64,000 bases of DNA. Origin: Psammoneis japonica (lineage: Eukaryota). The notes beneath the pieces are model-generated. The model was not told the DNA's origin. It saw nothing but the letters and a program-made list of their open reading frames with translations, and made no database searches. This document shows, one piece after another, positions 1 through 11,016 of this stretch. The DNA is taken from the NCBI GenBank assembly GCA_008632985.1, contig QPGO01000063.1, positions 124,001-188,000 on the forward strand. Direction: 5' to 3'. Position 1 is the first letter of the stretch. Each line of letters opens with the position of its first letter. Both the position numbers and the translations under genes were made by a program.

Positions 1-860
1 ACCATTCACAGTGAGCCAATTTATTGATGAAGATGACTGGTCTGCAGCCAATCTGTCAATTGCCACACTCTCAGCTAATCCACAACTGCGATCAAGCTCA
101 TGACGGATCTTGGCCCACGGTTGGACGAGGACGGACGCACCTCGCACTTTTTACCCTACAATGACGCTAGTAGGGTTTTATGATGTCCACTTCTACTCGC
201 GGTTTTGTCCTTTTTTTTTGGAGGCAGCAACAACTCAAGGATTAATAGTTAAAAGAGATAACTACTCGTCGAGAAGACGTCGGTGCCGCCATTATACACA
301 GCTTTTGAGCGCTGCGATCCGGTCGGTAGATGGGGGAATCACGGGCCATCGGAGATTTGGGAGTGAAAGTGAAGCCGAAACTATGGAGTGTGTAGGAAAA
401 AAGGACGGAGCACTTCACACTGGAGACAAAGAAGAGGAACCGAAATTTTGAAGGCAATAGAGCTCAAGGAGCATCGGAGGCGGACCTTTCTATATCGCCG
501 GATAGACTGCATGGCGTGTCAATGTCGAAGGGTATAAGCGTTGTGCCAGAGGAAGCTAGACAAAAAAATCTGAGTCCGGAGAAGGTTGGCGCGCAAAGTC
601 CCATCCCAGATCCAAAAGGAAGAGGGGTGGCAGCGCAGGAACGGGTTCAGATGTAGTGCCTTAGGTTGAAGCCGCCTCTGGTGTAGGGCATGGGAGATAG
701 GAATAGAGGTGGCGGCTAGGCAGTATGAGTAGAGAACAGAGTGGGATGGTTGAGCCAGGGGTGGCGAGAAAACACGGCGGAAGCAGCAGGAGAATGTGAA
801 AGACACAGACCGTGCTGTGGACCTAGCCCATCGAACAGGAGAAGGTAAGCATCCTTATTC

Positions 861-1532
861 TTATCGACGATGGTAGCGATTACCAGTGTGGTGTCGTGGG
901 TTTTGAAGAATGGCACGGTAAATTTCGGGGGAAAGAGATTCTCCCTTGGCAAATAGTTGTGTTACACCCTGTCGAGGATGGTCCAAAACAGTCTTGACCG
1001 TACCGGTGGTGTAATAAAAGTCGAGTTTGACAACACCGTGCTCATAAAAATCCTTTTCAAAGAATTCAGCTCGTCCACCCTCACACGATCCAGTAAACGT
1101 CCAACCAAATCCGGTCGGATCAGGATAATCCCGTTTCGATACTCGTCGACCTTGATAGTTTGGACGTCGACCATTGTACCGTTCTCCACGGGCGGCAGCA
1201 GTAAGACGGTCTTGTTCATTGGAAATTTGAGCAATAGCGACATGGCAACATGCCTGCATGACTCGTGGATCATTCGACAACAGTCGATTAATGTCCGCCT
1301 GAGTGGTAGTCTGTTGACAATTTCGACAAATGTCGATATTACAACTCCGACATCCAATAAACCATTCATCAATAGGTAAGCTTCGACTACAAAGATCACA
1401 GGTAACATCACGAATCCCTTCATCTCCGTCTTTATAAAAATGCAAGTTATGACCCTGCCCGCATTTTAGGCTGGAATGGTAGCGACGGGATGATCGAACG
1501 ACCCCAATTCTGCGAACATTCCTATTGCTCAT
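861..1532 (-). CDS. Uncharacterised protein with a ZZ/C1-like Cys cluster and a conserved-looking C-terminal domain
   Basis: Intact ORF from ATG 1532 (MSNRNVRR). Contains CxxGH...CDLC...GCRSCNIDICRNC and a C-terminal DFYYTTGTVKTVLDHPRQG..QLF..NPRHHTG motif; normal Tyr/TpA content. Confidence 0.75.
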   Translation of the reverse strand: MSNRNVRRIGVVRSSRRYHSSLKCGQGHNLHFYKDGDEGIRDVTCDLCSRSLPIDEWFIGCRSCNIDICRNCQQTTTQADINRLLSNDPRVMQACCHVAIAQISNEQDRLTAAARGERYNGRRPNYQGRRVSKRDYPDPTGFGWTFTGSCEGGRAEFFEKDFYEHGVVKLDFYYTTGTVKTVLDHPRQGVTQLFAKGESLSPEIYRAILQNPRHHTGNRYHRR

Positions 1533-1986
1533 GACGATGATGATTAAACTTGAACCCAATGACTGATGGCTGTAAGCTGAACTCTTTGTGATGTACTTCT
1601 TCTTTGTTACTCACAAACTCGCTCGAGTCGTGTTTGTCGTAATTCGCGGTTTCGTTTGTGTTGATATTTTCTCTCAATTTTAGACGACGGCAAGGAGAGA
1701 GAGAGAGGGTGTGATCTCCTTCTTGTTCGTAGAAATGCGATAAAAGAGGAGCCTACTTGGAGAAATAGTCTCTGTGCCGTTTCAATCAGCAAAACCACTG
1801 CACACTGCATGTAGCGCCTGGTGCAAAACTACGAGACATCTATTTCCTGCACCGTCCGCGAATTTTTATTACTGTAGTCTCTACTGTAATAAGTTTTATG
1901 AATATTTTGTCATACACCTTTTTATGTCTTGAGTCGTGAGGGCTGTTGATTACTTATGATTACTTTTAATGACTTATGATTACTTA

Positions 1987-2308
1987 CTACGAATTGCTAA
2001 ACAATTGCGCGATTGACGTGCCCGAAGGTCGAATATCGTTGCCCGAAGCAACATTCTCCCTTCGCGCAGATGTCCATTCTACATAGCATCATGGTATTGA
2101 AAATCTCTTAGTAGTCGTATGAGTCGTCGCGGTAATTCATCAAAAAATAACCTCTGTGGTACTGTGCTGCGTGTTCTACACAAATCGGACATTCTCGAAT
2201 GCTGGTACATTTTCTACGGTCTCTACGTGCGCGAAGCTCGAATTTCGTGCCCGAAGCAACAATCATCGTTCGGGCACGTGAATCGCGCAATTGTGCAGCA
2301 ATTCGTAG
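1987..2308. mobile_element. MITE-like element with ~40-bp TIRs and a TA target duplication
   Basis: CTACGAATTGCTAAACAATTGCGCGATTGACGTGCCCGAA from 1987 is nearly the reverse complement of TTCGGGCACGTGAATCGCGCAATTGTGCAGCAATTCGTAG ending at 2308. TA flanks both ends (1985-86, 2309-10). Confidence 0.75.
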
Positions 2309-2325
2309 TATGATGACTTATGATT

Positions 2326-2367
2326 ACTACCGGTACGTACAACCTGACTACCGGTACGTACAACCTG
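2326..2367. repeat. Perfect 21-bp tandem duplication
   Basis: ACTACCGGTACGTACAACCTG x2. Confidence 0.9.
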
Positions 2368-3132
2368 AAAGTCGAGTGTGCGGTTCCCGTGCGAAGGACA
2401 GCCAGCTGTCTGTCTTGTGCAAAAACATCTTCTACACGAGAAGACGGAAAGGACATGTTGACTGACATCAACTGTGGCGTTCAAACCACAGGCTCTATAT
2501 CTGAGCCTGTGTTCAAAAGCAATCAGCAAAGCCCTGAAAGTAAAACCATGGTTGCCATGATGAACAATGCCTGCCCCAAGGAAATCCTGCCAGAGAGCGA
2601 GACAACAACGACCACCATGGTTGGCTGTTCTTTGGTTTTGCAGTGTGGGGTTTGGCTTTGGTTGGAAGGAGGACAAAACAACTTTCTGTCAATGATGTCA
2701 TTCAACTGAGTGGAGGCAACAGTCAGATTTGAAGGGCTGTTGTGTCAGTTTGTCTGTGGACACTCATTTGTCTTGATTGCTTGAGATGACTTGTGATGAT
2801 TTTTGATTGCTTTTCATTGCTTTTGACACTGCTTGTGATTGCTTGTGATTGGTTGACATCTTTCCATGACCAACTCTCCATTGACATTTCATGATTAAAA
2901 ACGTTGGCAATTTGGTGAGCAGAGAATGGGTCTTGTTGCCAAAGAAACACAAACCTCGTCCTGCGCATGACACACGCGCGCATTTGTCCGTTGGAATCAT
3001 GTGGACACACATGGTGACAAAAATTTGTGGATGGTGCTGGCCTGTTTGAGGATGGATCAGCAAGCAGAGGTCTTTTTTTTTTTTGCAAGCTCACAATTTT
3101 TTGAAAAAAAACAGGTGCACCGCGCTGCTGAA

Positions 3133-3490
3133 TGGTGTTTCCTGAATGTGCATTTTGGTCGACCAAAATGGGCATTTTGGTTGGTGAAAATTTGTTGACA
3201 AAATTGATGCTGGTGACCAAAATGATTTTGTTTCCCAAAAACATCATTTTGGCTGGCAGAATTTGGCGCACTTTTCAGAGGGAATTTTCTGTTGGAAAGC
3301 GAGCATGTCAACATGCCGTGCCCATTTCACAGAAGCTGTGCAGCATTGTCTGTGTGGAAATGCAGATGAAAATGAATTTGGTCGAGATTTTGCAAATGTC
3401 AATTTGTTTGACCAAATTAATTTGGTTGGTTTGCAAATTGACCAATCAAAACAATTTGGTTCATCCAAAATGCACATTCAGGAAACACCA
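3133..3490. repeat. Inverted repeat with a 26-bp perfect core and degenerate extensions
   Basis: TGGTGTTTCCTGAATGTGCATTTTGG (3133-3158) is the exact reverse complement of 3465-3490. The flanking poly-T (~3073) and poly-A (~3507) tracts also mirror each other. Confidence 0.75.
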
Positions 3491-4989
3491 GTGTGCGTGT
3501 GTTCGCAAAAAAAAAACATCGGCGATGGGTGGAACTTTGTCCGCTCGTGAGACATTGCAGAATGGTCATTGACATGACCATGTGCAACTTTTGGCTGGTC
3601 AACTGCAGACAAATGTGTCTGTTGCCAGTTGAATGCCAGTTGTTGGCACTTCCTGGAAAAAGCTGTGGCTTGTCTCCCACAAGTGGTGCAATTTTGGCAA
3701 AAAATGGTGGTTTGTTGAATGTGACAACCGCACAAAATCCAACAATTGGCGTTTGACGGTCAACAAGTGCAGTTCACACAACGGTCTGACAGCCCTGATG
3801 GGGGCCAGACACACTCACAAGTGTTTGGGTGTGCTCAAAGACATCACAAAATGACACAGGCAAAGTGCGGGAAAACAGAAAAAATGCAAGCTGTTTGAAA
3901 AAAATGCCTCCACTCAATGATCCAGCCTTGACATTGGGGCGCAATCTGCGACCGAGTGAACATCTGCTTTGTGCATCATCAAGATCCTCACAAAGAGTCG
4001 CCAGTTAATTGCCAGCAATTTGCGCGGCAATTTGGTGAGCAACTCACTGCACTTCACTGTGGTGAAACCAACGGCTGTCAAAAAATTTTGATTTGACATC
4101 TCCACGAGTGAAAGTTTTGAGTCACATGACCCCCTTGCATGGTCGAGCAACAGTTGTGCAAAGTCAAACTGCTTGCATTGCTCATGTGGATGTTCTCCAC
4201 CCCTTGTGCAATTCACCATGCTTTTGCCACGTGATTTTGATTTGCAACACGGTGAAGTGATGATGCAGAATTCTGCACATTTTGTGCATCACATGCTGTG
4301 GTTTGGCCCATTTCTGAAAACTGAAAGGGTTTGTCAACTTCCCAGTGAGTCCAGCTGTGGCAGACTCAACCCTTCAACCACCAGGTGGGGGTTTGCTCCA
4401 ACTGGAGATTTGTGATGTGTCATGCATTTTTGCAACAATGTGATGAACACAGCACAAAATGTCACATCACTCACAATCTGTGTAAAACATGGCACATGCA
4501 CTCACTCAGTGGGAGCAAATCTCCCCAGATTTTTAGCGAGTGCACGTTCCAAAACAAAATCGCATGAATTGGCTGTTGCTCACATCTAAAAATGACACAT
4601 TTGGTGCATTTGTGATGCAAGCAAGCAAATCCCCACCCATGGGGATTTGGTCAAGGCCTGTGGTTGAAGGGTTGAGAAGCTCGATTGAAAGCTTGATTGA
4701 CTGTGTGGTGCATGCCAAGAACATGGTCCTGTTGGCAGACAAGAGTTGCAGTTTGGTGATGAACATTTGAGTGATGGTGCTGAAAGAACATGTCCTTTCT
4801 GCTCTCTGGCCAGTGTGGGTTTTAGAGAAGTTGCAAGGTTGGAGGTGGAGAGTCAACCGGAGAGAGGAGCAACCATGCACGCCACTTGGTTCAAGTTGAT
4901 TCAAGAGCTCTGTCTGTCTGTTGGCTTGTCCATCAGTGCCAGAGCTTGATTTTTCTTTCACTCCCTTGCAAGGCAATGGTTTTGATGGA

Positions 4990-5950
4990 AGTGGATGCCA
5001 GGTGTGCCCTGCATCTTTGAGTCCGCTCAAGTTCCCAATGAGCTCACACAAGCTCTTGAATCTGTTGGTGAAATCAGACAGATCTGGAACGGAAAAAATG
5101 TCAGTTTTTGGGCTGGAGCCTGGGAACAAAGAAGAAGCCAACACAAAGTCAATGGACTCCATGTGCAACGCGTTCCAGCCCTGGCTGGGTGGGAGCTTGC
5201 AGCACTGACATGTGACACAATCATTTTTGTCATCCGTCACATGTTTCGCGCATGCATTTCCATGTGTTCCATCATAAAAAATTGTTCCACTGCCTGTTTT
5301 GTAAAGCCCCAGATGTTTTGTTCAGTGCATTCATGGGAACAACAATGCACCCAATGCACTCTTGAACATGTGAACATGTGCCAGGCTGGGTAAAAAATGA
5401 TGTGCTTCAATGAGGGGTGAGTGCACATGTTTGCAAAATCACCTCTTTTTCTCTTGGCGATCATTGACACATTCATCACCTGACAATTTTACCAAAGAGC
5501 TTGCACGTGGAATTCTGCAGGCCCAGTGTTGCATGGATTCCCACCTTTGTCTGGAGCACATTGTGCCACCTCCAAATTGTGGCACTGTTGAGCTGTGCTC
5601 TAGGATGCAACAGGTCAGCAGGCCCACGTGGTGGGCCACCAGCAGTCAAGACCTTCAACAGACTTGCATCCACTGGCACAGAGCCCAGCTTTGCACATGA
5701 CCATGATCTCACTGACGGGGGGTTGTGTCTCCATTTCATCAACCATGTCATGGGCACAGGTGCCCCTCCTTGTGGCACAAACTTGATCAGCATGACTTTC
5801 AAATGTTTTCTGCTCAACAGGATCCTGCAACTCCTTGTGCACAGCTTTGACAAATGACTCATGGTCTGGTTGCTTGAGCACCTCCTCTCCAATGCCAGGG
5901 TGTCAGGATCCAAGTTGGCAGCCACCAAGGCTGCAGCAAAGTGAGTCAGC
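4990..5950 (-). mobile_element. Degraded Ty1/Copia reverse transcriptase fragment
   Basis: Frameshifted pieces: DPDTL..KQPD..FVKAVHKEL..PMTWLMK..CKAGLCASG..DCW (5630-5950) and HMESIDFVLA..KTDIF..NLSGLKDAGHTW (4990-5170). These match Copia RT N-terminal motifs (KARLCAGG, NLYGLKDAG). Confidence 0.7.
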
Positions 5951-8537
5951 ACAGTGAACAGACAAGCTTTGGAGCATCACTCAAGGTCAGATTGGAGCAG
6001 AGACTGACCCAGAGAGTGATTGAGTGAGGGCAAGAAGGTGGCCACAAAAGCAGTGGCGGCATTGAAGGCTTTGACAGCCATGCTCTTTCCGTGCCAGCTG
6101 TTGGGCAGCACTTGGCAACCCAAACATGTCATGCATGGCTCAGCAGCAGTGATGGAATTGTTCAGTCAGGGTGCATTGTCTGCAGGCCCTGTTGATGTGG
6201 CATCAGTTGTTTGTGTGTGGTGCCTTGCTCAACTTGATGGCTGCAATGTTGTTGGGTGCATCCTCCCAGCTGTCAGCAAACACAAGTTTGGGGTTGGCAG
6301 CAAGAGATGGGGACTCGGCAGCAGCAGCAACATCTTGGCTGGTTCAACCTGCCCAACAAGTCTGCCACACCCTTCCGTGTTCCTTTTGTGGTGTTCCCAC
6401 TTTGCAGTTTGGAAAAAATGAAATCAACCATGGCAAGAAAAACATTTGCAGTGGCATCAACATTGAAAATCAAGTGGCAATTGCATCTGCAGAGACTTTT
6501 TAAACCCCGTTGCAAGCATGTGGTGCAGCGATTCTTGCCACTTGATTCAATTCCAAAGATTGATGCTGTTTTCTCACACAGCAACTCCTTCCTGCATGCT
6601 TTCAACATGTTTTTGCCTCCATCCACCAGAGCCAAGCAAAGGTTGCAAAGGTCTTTCCAACCAAAGCACATGCCAGAGCACAGATGTTGTTTGTTGACTG
6701 ACTCAATGAAAATGGTGGTGAGGATGGAGTTGCCCCCCGACATTTGTGCTGGACCACCAAATGCTGCCGTGCTTCATGCTTTTGCACCCTGTGCACAACT
6801 TGGAGTGGCTCACAAGTTTGCCAACATGACTCCTGTCAGCAATCCTTCAAAGGCACCCCATGTCCAAGTGGAGTGCCCTCATGCTCTGTGTCATTGCTTG
6901 GATGCACTGTCAGTGGCCTGACAAGGAGATGCAGTCTGCAAGGCTCACTTTGGTGGCCTCCATGTTTGTGCGCCAGTGCTGCTTTTTTTTGCATTGTTGC
7001 TGGAGGGTGTGTCAAAACTGAAGCATGACATGGAGCAGGTGCTGCAGCACCCAGACCCATGAGAAGAGTCAAGTTTGGGGGTGCAAAGGACAGAAGTGTC
7101 AGTGAAAGAAGCCAGACTCTGCCAGGTGTGCAAAGCCCATGGCCATGCATGATCCAAATGTCTTTAACTCAGATGAAAACTTCAATGACAGTGAGCTGGC
7201 TAAAAGACAATGGCAATGGCAGTGGAAATTTTGGGCTCCTCCAAACTTTGGGATGAGAACAAAGTGGAGCCAAGGAAGCTGAGCAACCTGCCACCCTTCA
7301 ACTGGCCACTTCCTGTGAGGAGCGCAGCAGGGTGTTGGCCAATGAAGAGGTGGAGGGTTGCCTCTGCTGCAATCATGAGGGTTGCATGATGCAGGGCTTG
7401 CAACAGCAACAACTGTGGCTGGCAGCCATGTGGAAAGCAACCACAACCTGTTGGTTTTTTCTCATGGGTGTTCTTGGTGTGCGACAACTTGTTCAACAAG
7501 CAGCCGATGCTCATGTGCATCCAACACAACCGAGCCAAACTCAGCTGTGCACTTCAAGACATGAACCCAGAGAATTGCAGAACTTCCCATCATCCAGGTG
7601 CCATGCTCTCTGCAAAGACCTTCAAGCATTTGTCCTTGTTGGACAACAGCTGCCCATGGGAGTCTGCAGCCATGGGTGGTGGTGTCAAAAATGGAGATTT
7701 TTCAGTCTGTGTGGGCCACCTGCCTCATCTCTCTCCATTGGCCACAGCCCTTCAGTGCTTCAAAGGAGTGGGGCACAGATCCAGTCCTGACTTAAAACAT
7801 GTCACTCATCTTGCCATTTTGGCAGGTCATCTGACCAGGTGCCACAGCTTCTGCTGTGCTGGTGACAAACACTTGCCCACCAGTTTGTGTGTTGTGGCAA
7901 TGCTGGCTCTTTTTCTCTTTTCCAAAAGTTGACAATGAAGAGGTTTGGCGCCTTTTGTTAGAAGACAAACAAGTGGGGTGCACCAGCCCCACTGACATGA
8001 TGGACCAGACAAAGAAAACAATGAAAAGGTGAGTCCATTGGTGGACAAAGTGGCTGATGAGATTTGTGCAACTCTCTTGTTGATCAACCACAATGTCAAT
8101 GCAGATGAGTTCTGTGCCTCCATCATGGAATGCGTGCTGTTGCTGCCTCCAGATTTGGGGCAAATTAGCCAACACTTTGTGGACTGCTCTTCAGCAACAG
8201 ATGAGAGCAGCAATGAGAAATTTTTCCAAGGAAAAGATGCTCAGATGGCTGAGGTTTGACAGCCAGCTTTTGTTGCATCAGCAGCAAAAATCATGGCACT
8301 CACAGATGTGCAACCCACTAATTTCAAAAGCACTGTGCCTCTTCCTGACTGTCAATTTGGGCGTGGTGCCCAATCAGTTCAGCTCTCAGTGTCAAACAAG
8401 CTTCCTGAATTGCTTTTGTTGTGACTGCTGTCCAACTTGACGCCCCTGCTTTATCCACTTTCATTGCTGCATCATCTGGAGGGGCACCTGTTCAAATGAT
8501 CAAAAACTTGACACTGAACAACCAAACCAGTTGGATT

Positions 8538-8932
8538 TGGCGGAGCTGATTGGTGCTCACCAACACCATCGCCATCCTGAGCAAGCCTCTTTGGCTGTCA
8601 TCAGCCATGTCACCTGGCTCACAATTGTCTGATCGTGATGATTTGGCCCAGGAAGTTTGGATTCGTGTCTGCCACAACCAATGTCGTTTGCAGTCGCCGG
8701 AAAAGTGCGAAGGTTCAATGAGTCGTGTTTTTGCTAATTTGTTTTACAATGAGATGCTCAAGCACAAGTGTCGCGTGGGTGCATTGTCCTTGGATGCTCC
8801 TCCTCATTCAGAGGATGGTCAGGATCATTGGGGATTCACTTCAGCTGATCCAAGTCCTCTGGACACTATGATGACCCACGACTTTTACGAGCATTTGCAT
8901 GAGGCGATTGCTGAGCTGCCTAAAGATCGCTG
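8538..8932 (+). pseudogene. Fragment of a cyanobacterial-type ECF sigma-70 factor (SigG/RpoE-like)
   Basis: DRDDLAQEVWIRV.....LQSPEK.....SR...NLFYNE..K.K....LSLDAP...DG...W......PSP.......FYEHLHEAIAELP resembles region 2 and the linker of cyanobacterial SigG as I recall it. Truncated before region 4 and frameshifted at the 5' end. Confidence 0.75.
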
Positions 8933-9244
8933 CTGCAAGCAAGAATGATGATGAAAGAGATGGAGGCAAAACTGGTGCGAATGCATCGCACAACTCATGC
9001 CATGTTCAGCCACAAAATTTCGAGTTTTGACTTTTGCTCGTGTTTGAGCATCAAGGCACTTGCCAAGAACTGCGGCAAAGCTCATGTCCTCATTCAAGAC
9101 ACGTCTGACGGGAAGTCAGTCAATCTGGTCAATGCAACAATGAGTCCAACAACCACTGCCGCAACTGTGGACAGGGAGATTGGTTCGCTTCTGCACCAAA
9201 TGATGGCATTGACATCTGCGATTGGGTGATTGCGCAAGTGCTGA

Positions 9245-10130
9245 TCATGGCTGCAGCTTCAAAGTGACTTCCTCCTCTAAACGCATCTTCACGATGACCT
9301 GCGGAAAATCATCCAAGAAGCAGAGAGTGCACCTTTCCGGTTGAGCTCGAACACCACACTTTGCCTTGGGACCCTGACAGTTGACAACAAGAAACTGGGA
9401 GCATGGGACTAATTGACATTTCCCATTCTGCGGGTCGAATCTGGCCACATGTTCACCAATCTTGTCACCATTCCGTGGGAGTTCCAAGACCCATTTCAGA
9501 TTGGCATTGATGAAGAAGTCGAGCTCCCCGGAAACCCACGTGCCATCATCACTTTGAACGAAAGTGTTCAGCTCAGGACAAACATCATTTTGTGGGGGGA
9601 GCAGCCTCGTCATTGCCTCAGAAAACAAGTGCTGGAAAGCTGCTTCTTTGGGAAAACTGTCGGAGTCCTGTTTTGAGCCACAGAGTTGCAGAGCCGACAA
9701 AGACTCAACCGATTTTAGAATCAACTCGTCCAGTGACGTTGGGCTGGTTTCAGGGCAGCTGCAGACACTCCTGTGCAAGTGTTTCTGTGCTGCAAGGCAT
9801 GAGAAACCATCGGGCTCCTGAAGGATGCCGGTGTGAGCCAATTCCTTCAGGTTGGGATTGCCCATCCAATCACCGGCGACGGCGTCTTCTTTTAAAATTG
9901 CAGATGATGCCACATTCAACTGATTTTGCCACAACAGTTGTCAGACAGGGAAGCATCGGTTCAGCTCTCCAAAATCGTCCCTCAGACCCTGAAGCGCGTC
10001 TTCTTCAGTAAATTGCTTCTGCAGCTTGTGGCAAAGCCACATCAAGAGGTTGATTCTGCCAATGATGACCCCTGCGTGACCCCCATTTTGTGGTGGAGCA
10101 GCAGGTGCACTGCCTTGCCAGCCTCACACA
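9245..10130 (-). pseudogene. Crinkler (CRN)-type NTPase tail plus PD-(D/E)xK restriction-endonuclease-like domain, degraded
   Basis: GGHAGVI...LNRCFP, then FPKEAAFQHLF.EAM..LLP..VCPELNT...GELDFFIN..LKW.LEL.RNGDKIGEHVARFD..NGKC...FLVV. Tyr-free, with stops upstream. Confidence 0.7.
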
Positions 10131-11016
10131 GCACATTGGCACCAAGAGGAGCACAGTCTACCCTTGTTGCATGCATTGGTTTGCTTTTTGACACAATTCT
10201 GCACACACAGGCATTGGCATGCACTGACAGGAAGCACTGGTGATCCCATTGCACACAGTGTTTGCATGGGAAGAGCTGAACCATCAGACACTTTTCTTGT
10301 TGTGCCCCCTTTTCTTTGAAGAAATGTGATTTTTAAACAAACTGTGACTTGGTGAGGTTGACAACAAAACACCCCAGAGAATGTTTTGTCCACATCCTGG
10401 CTTGCTGTGATGCAATCTGCAGACAAAGTTCCAACAAAACAATGGCGGCACAGCCATTGCTGGCATTGTGCAGCAGCTGCAGCAGACAGCAGAGGAGATG
10501 ATGGAATTTCAGAATGGTTGGCGAAATGTGGCTGCTGGGAATGTGCTTGTCAATTTGTGGTGGCAAAGCTTGCTTCCCAAGTGTCCAAAGCCGGCGAATT
10601 TGTGGCTTGTTGCTCACTGCTGCAGTCATGCCTGGCCCTGACTGGTGAACTCCCACCTCTCATGGATGTCATCATGAAGACCTGCAAGAAACAAACATTT
10701 GGCAATTTGCACATTGTCCATGGACATTTGTCCATTGGGAAGACCAAGTTGTGTCTGGGGCCAATGGCAGCAGTTAGAAATCACAATGCAGAGGCCACCA
10801 CCAAGGCCAAGATGCAAGCCCTCATGTTCACTGGAACACCAAAGGACAAACCATGTCTGTCCCACATGGCTGGAGCTTTTGGCATTGAAGACCCTGAGGA
10901 TGTTCTCCCTCCTCCCTCTGCTGGTTGTTGGTGGGATGAGGATGGGCTTTTCCTCTCCCTGTTTGATTCTCCTTCTTGACAAGAAATTTTCTCATTCCTG
11001 ACAATGTGAACTCAGC

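Noticed and set aside
110..806. Short ORFs at the window start
   Set aside because: No recognisable motifs or gene structure.
1945..2370. Short repeats (TGATTACTTA, 21-bp unit) as a CRISPR-like array
   Set aside because: Tandem without unique spacers, in a eukaryotic context with no cas genes.
10660..10979. Walker A-like GHLSIGKT ORF remnant
   Set aside because: Single degenerate motif with no other support; the family cannot be assigned.
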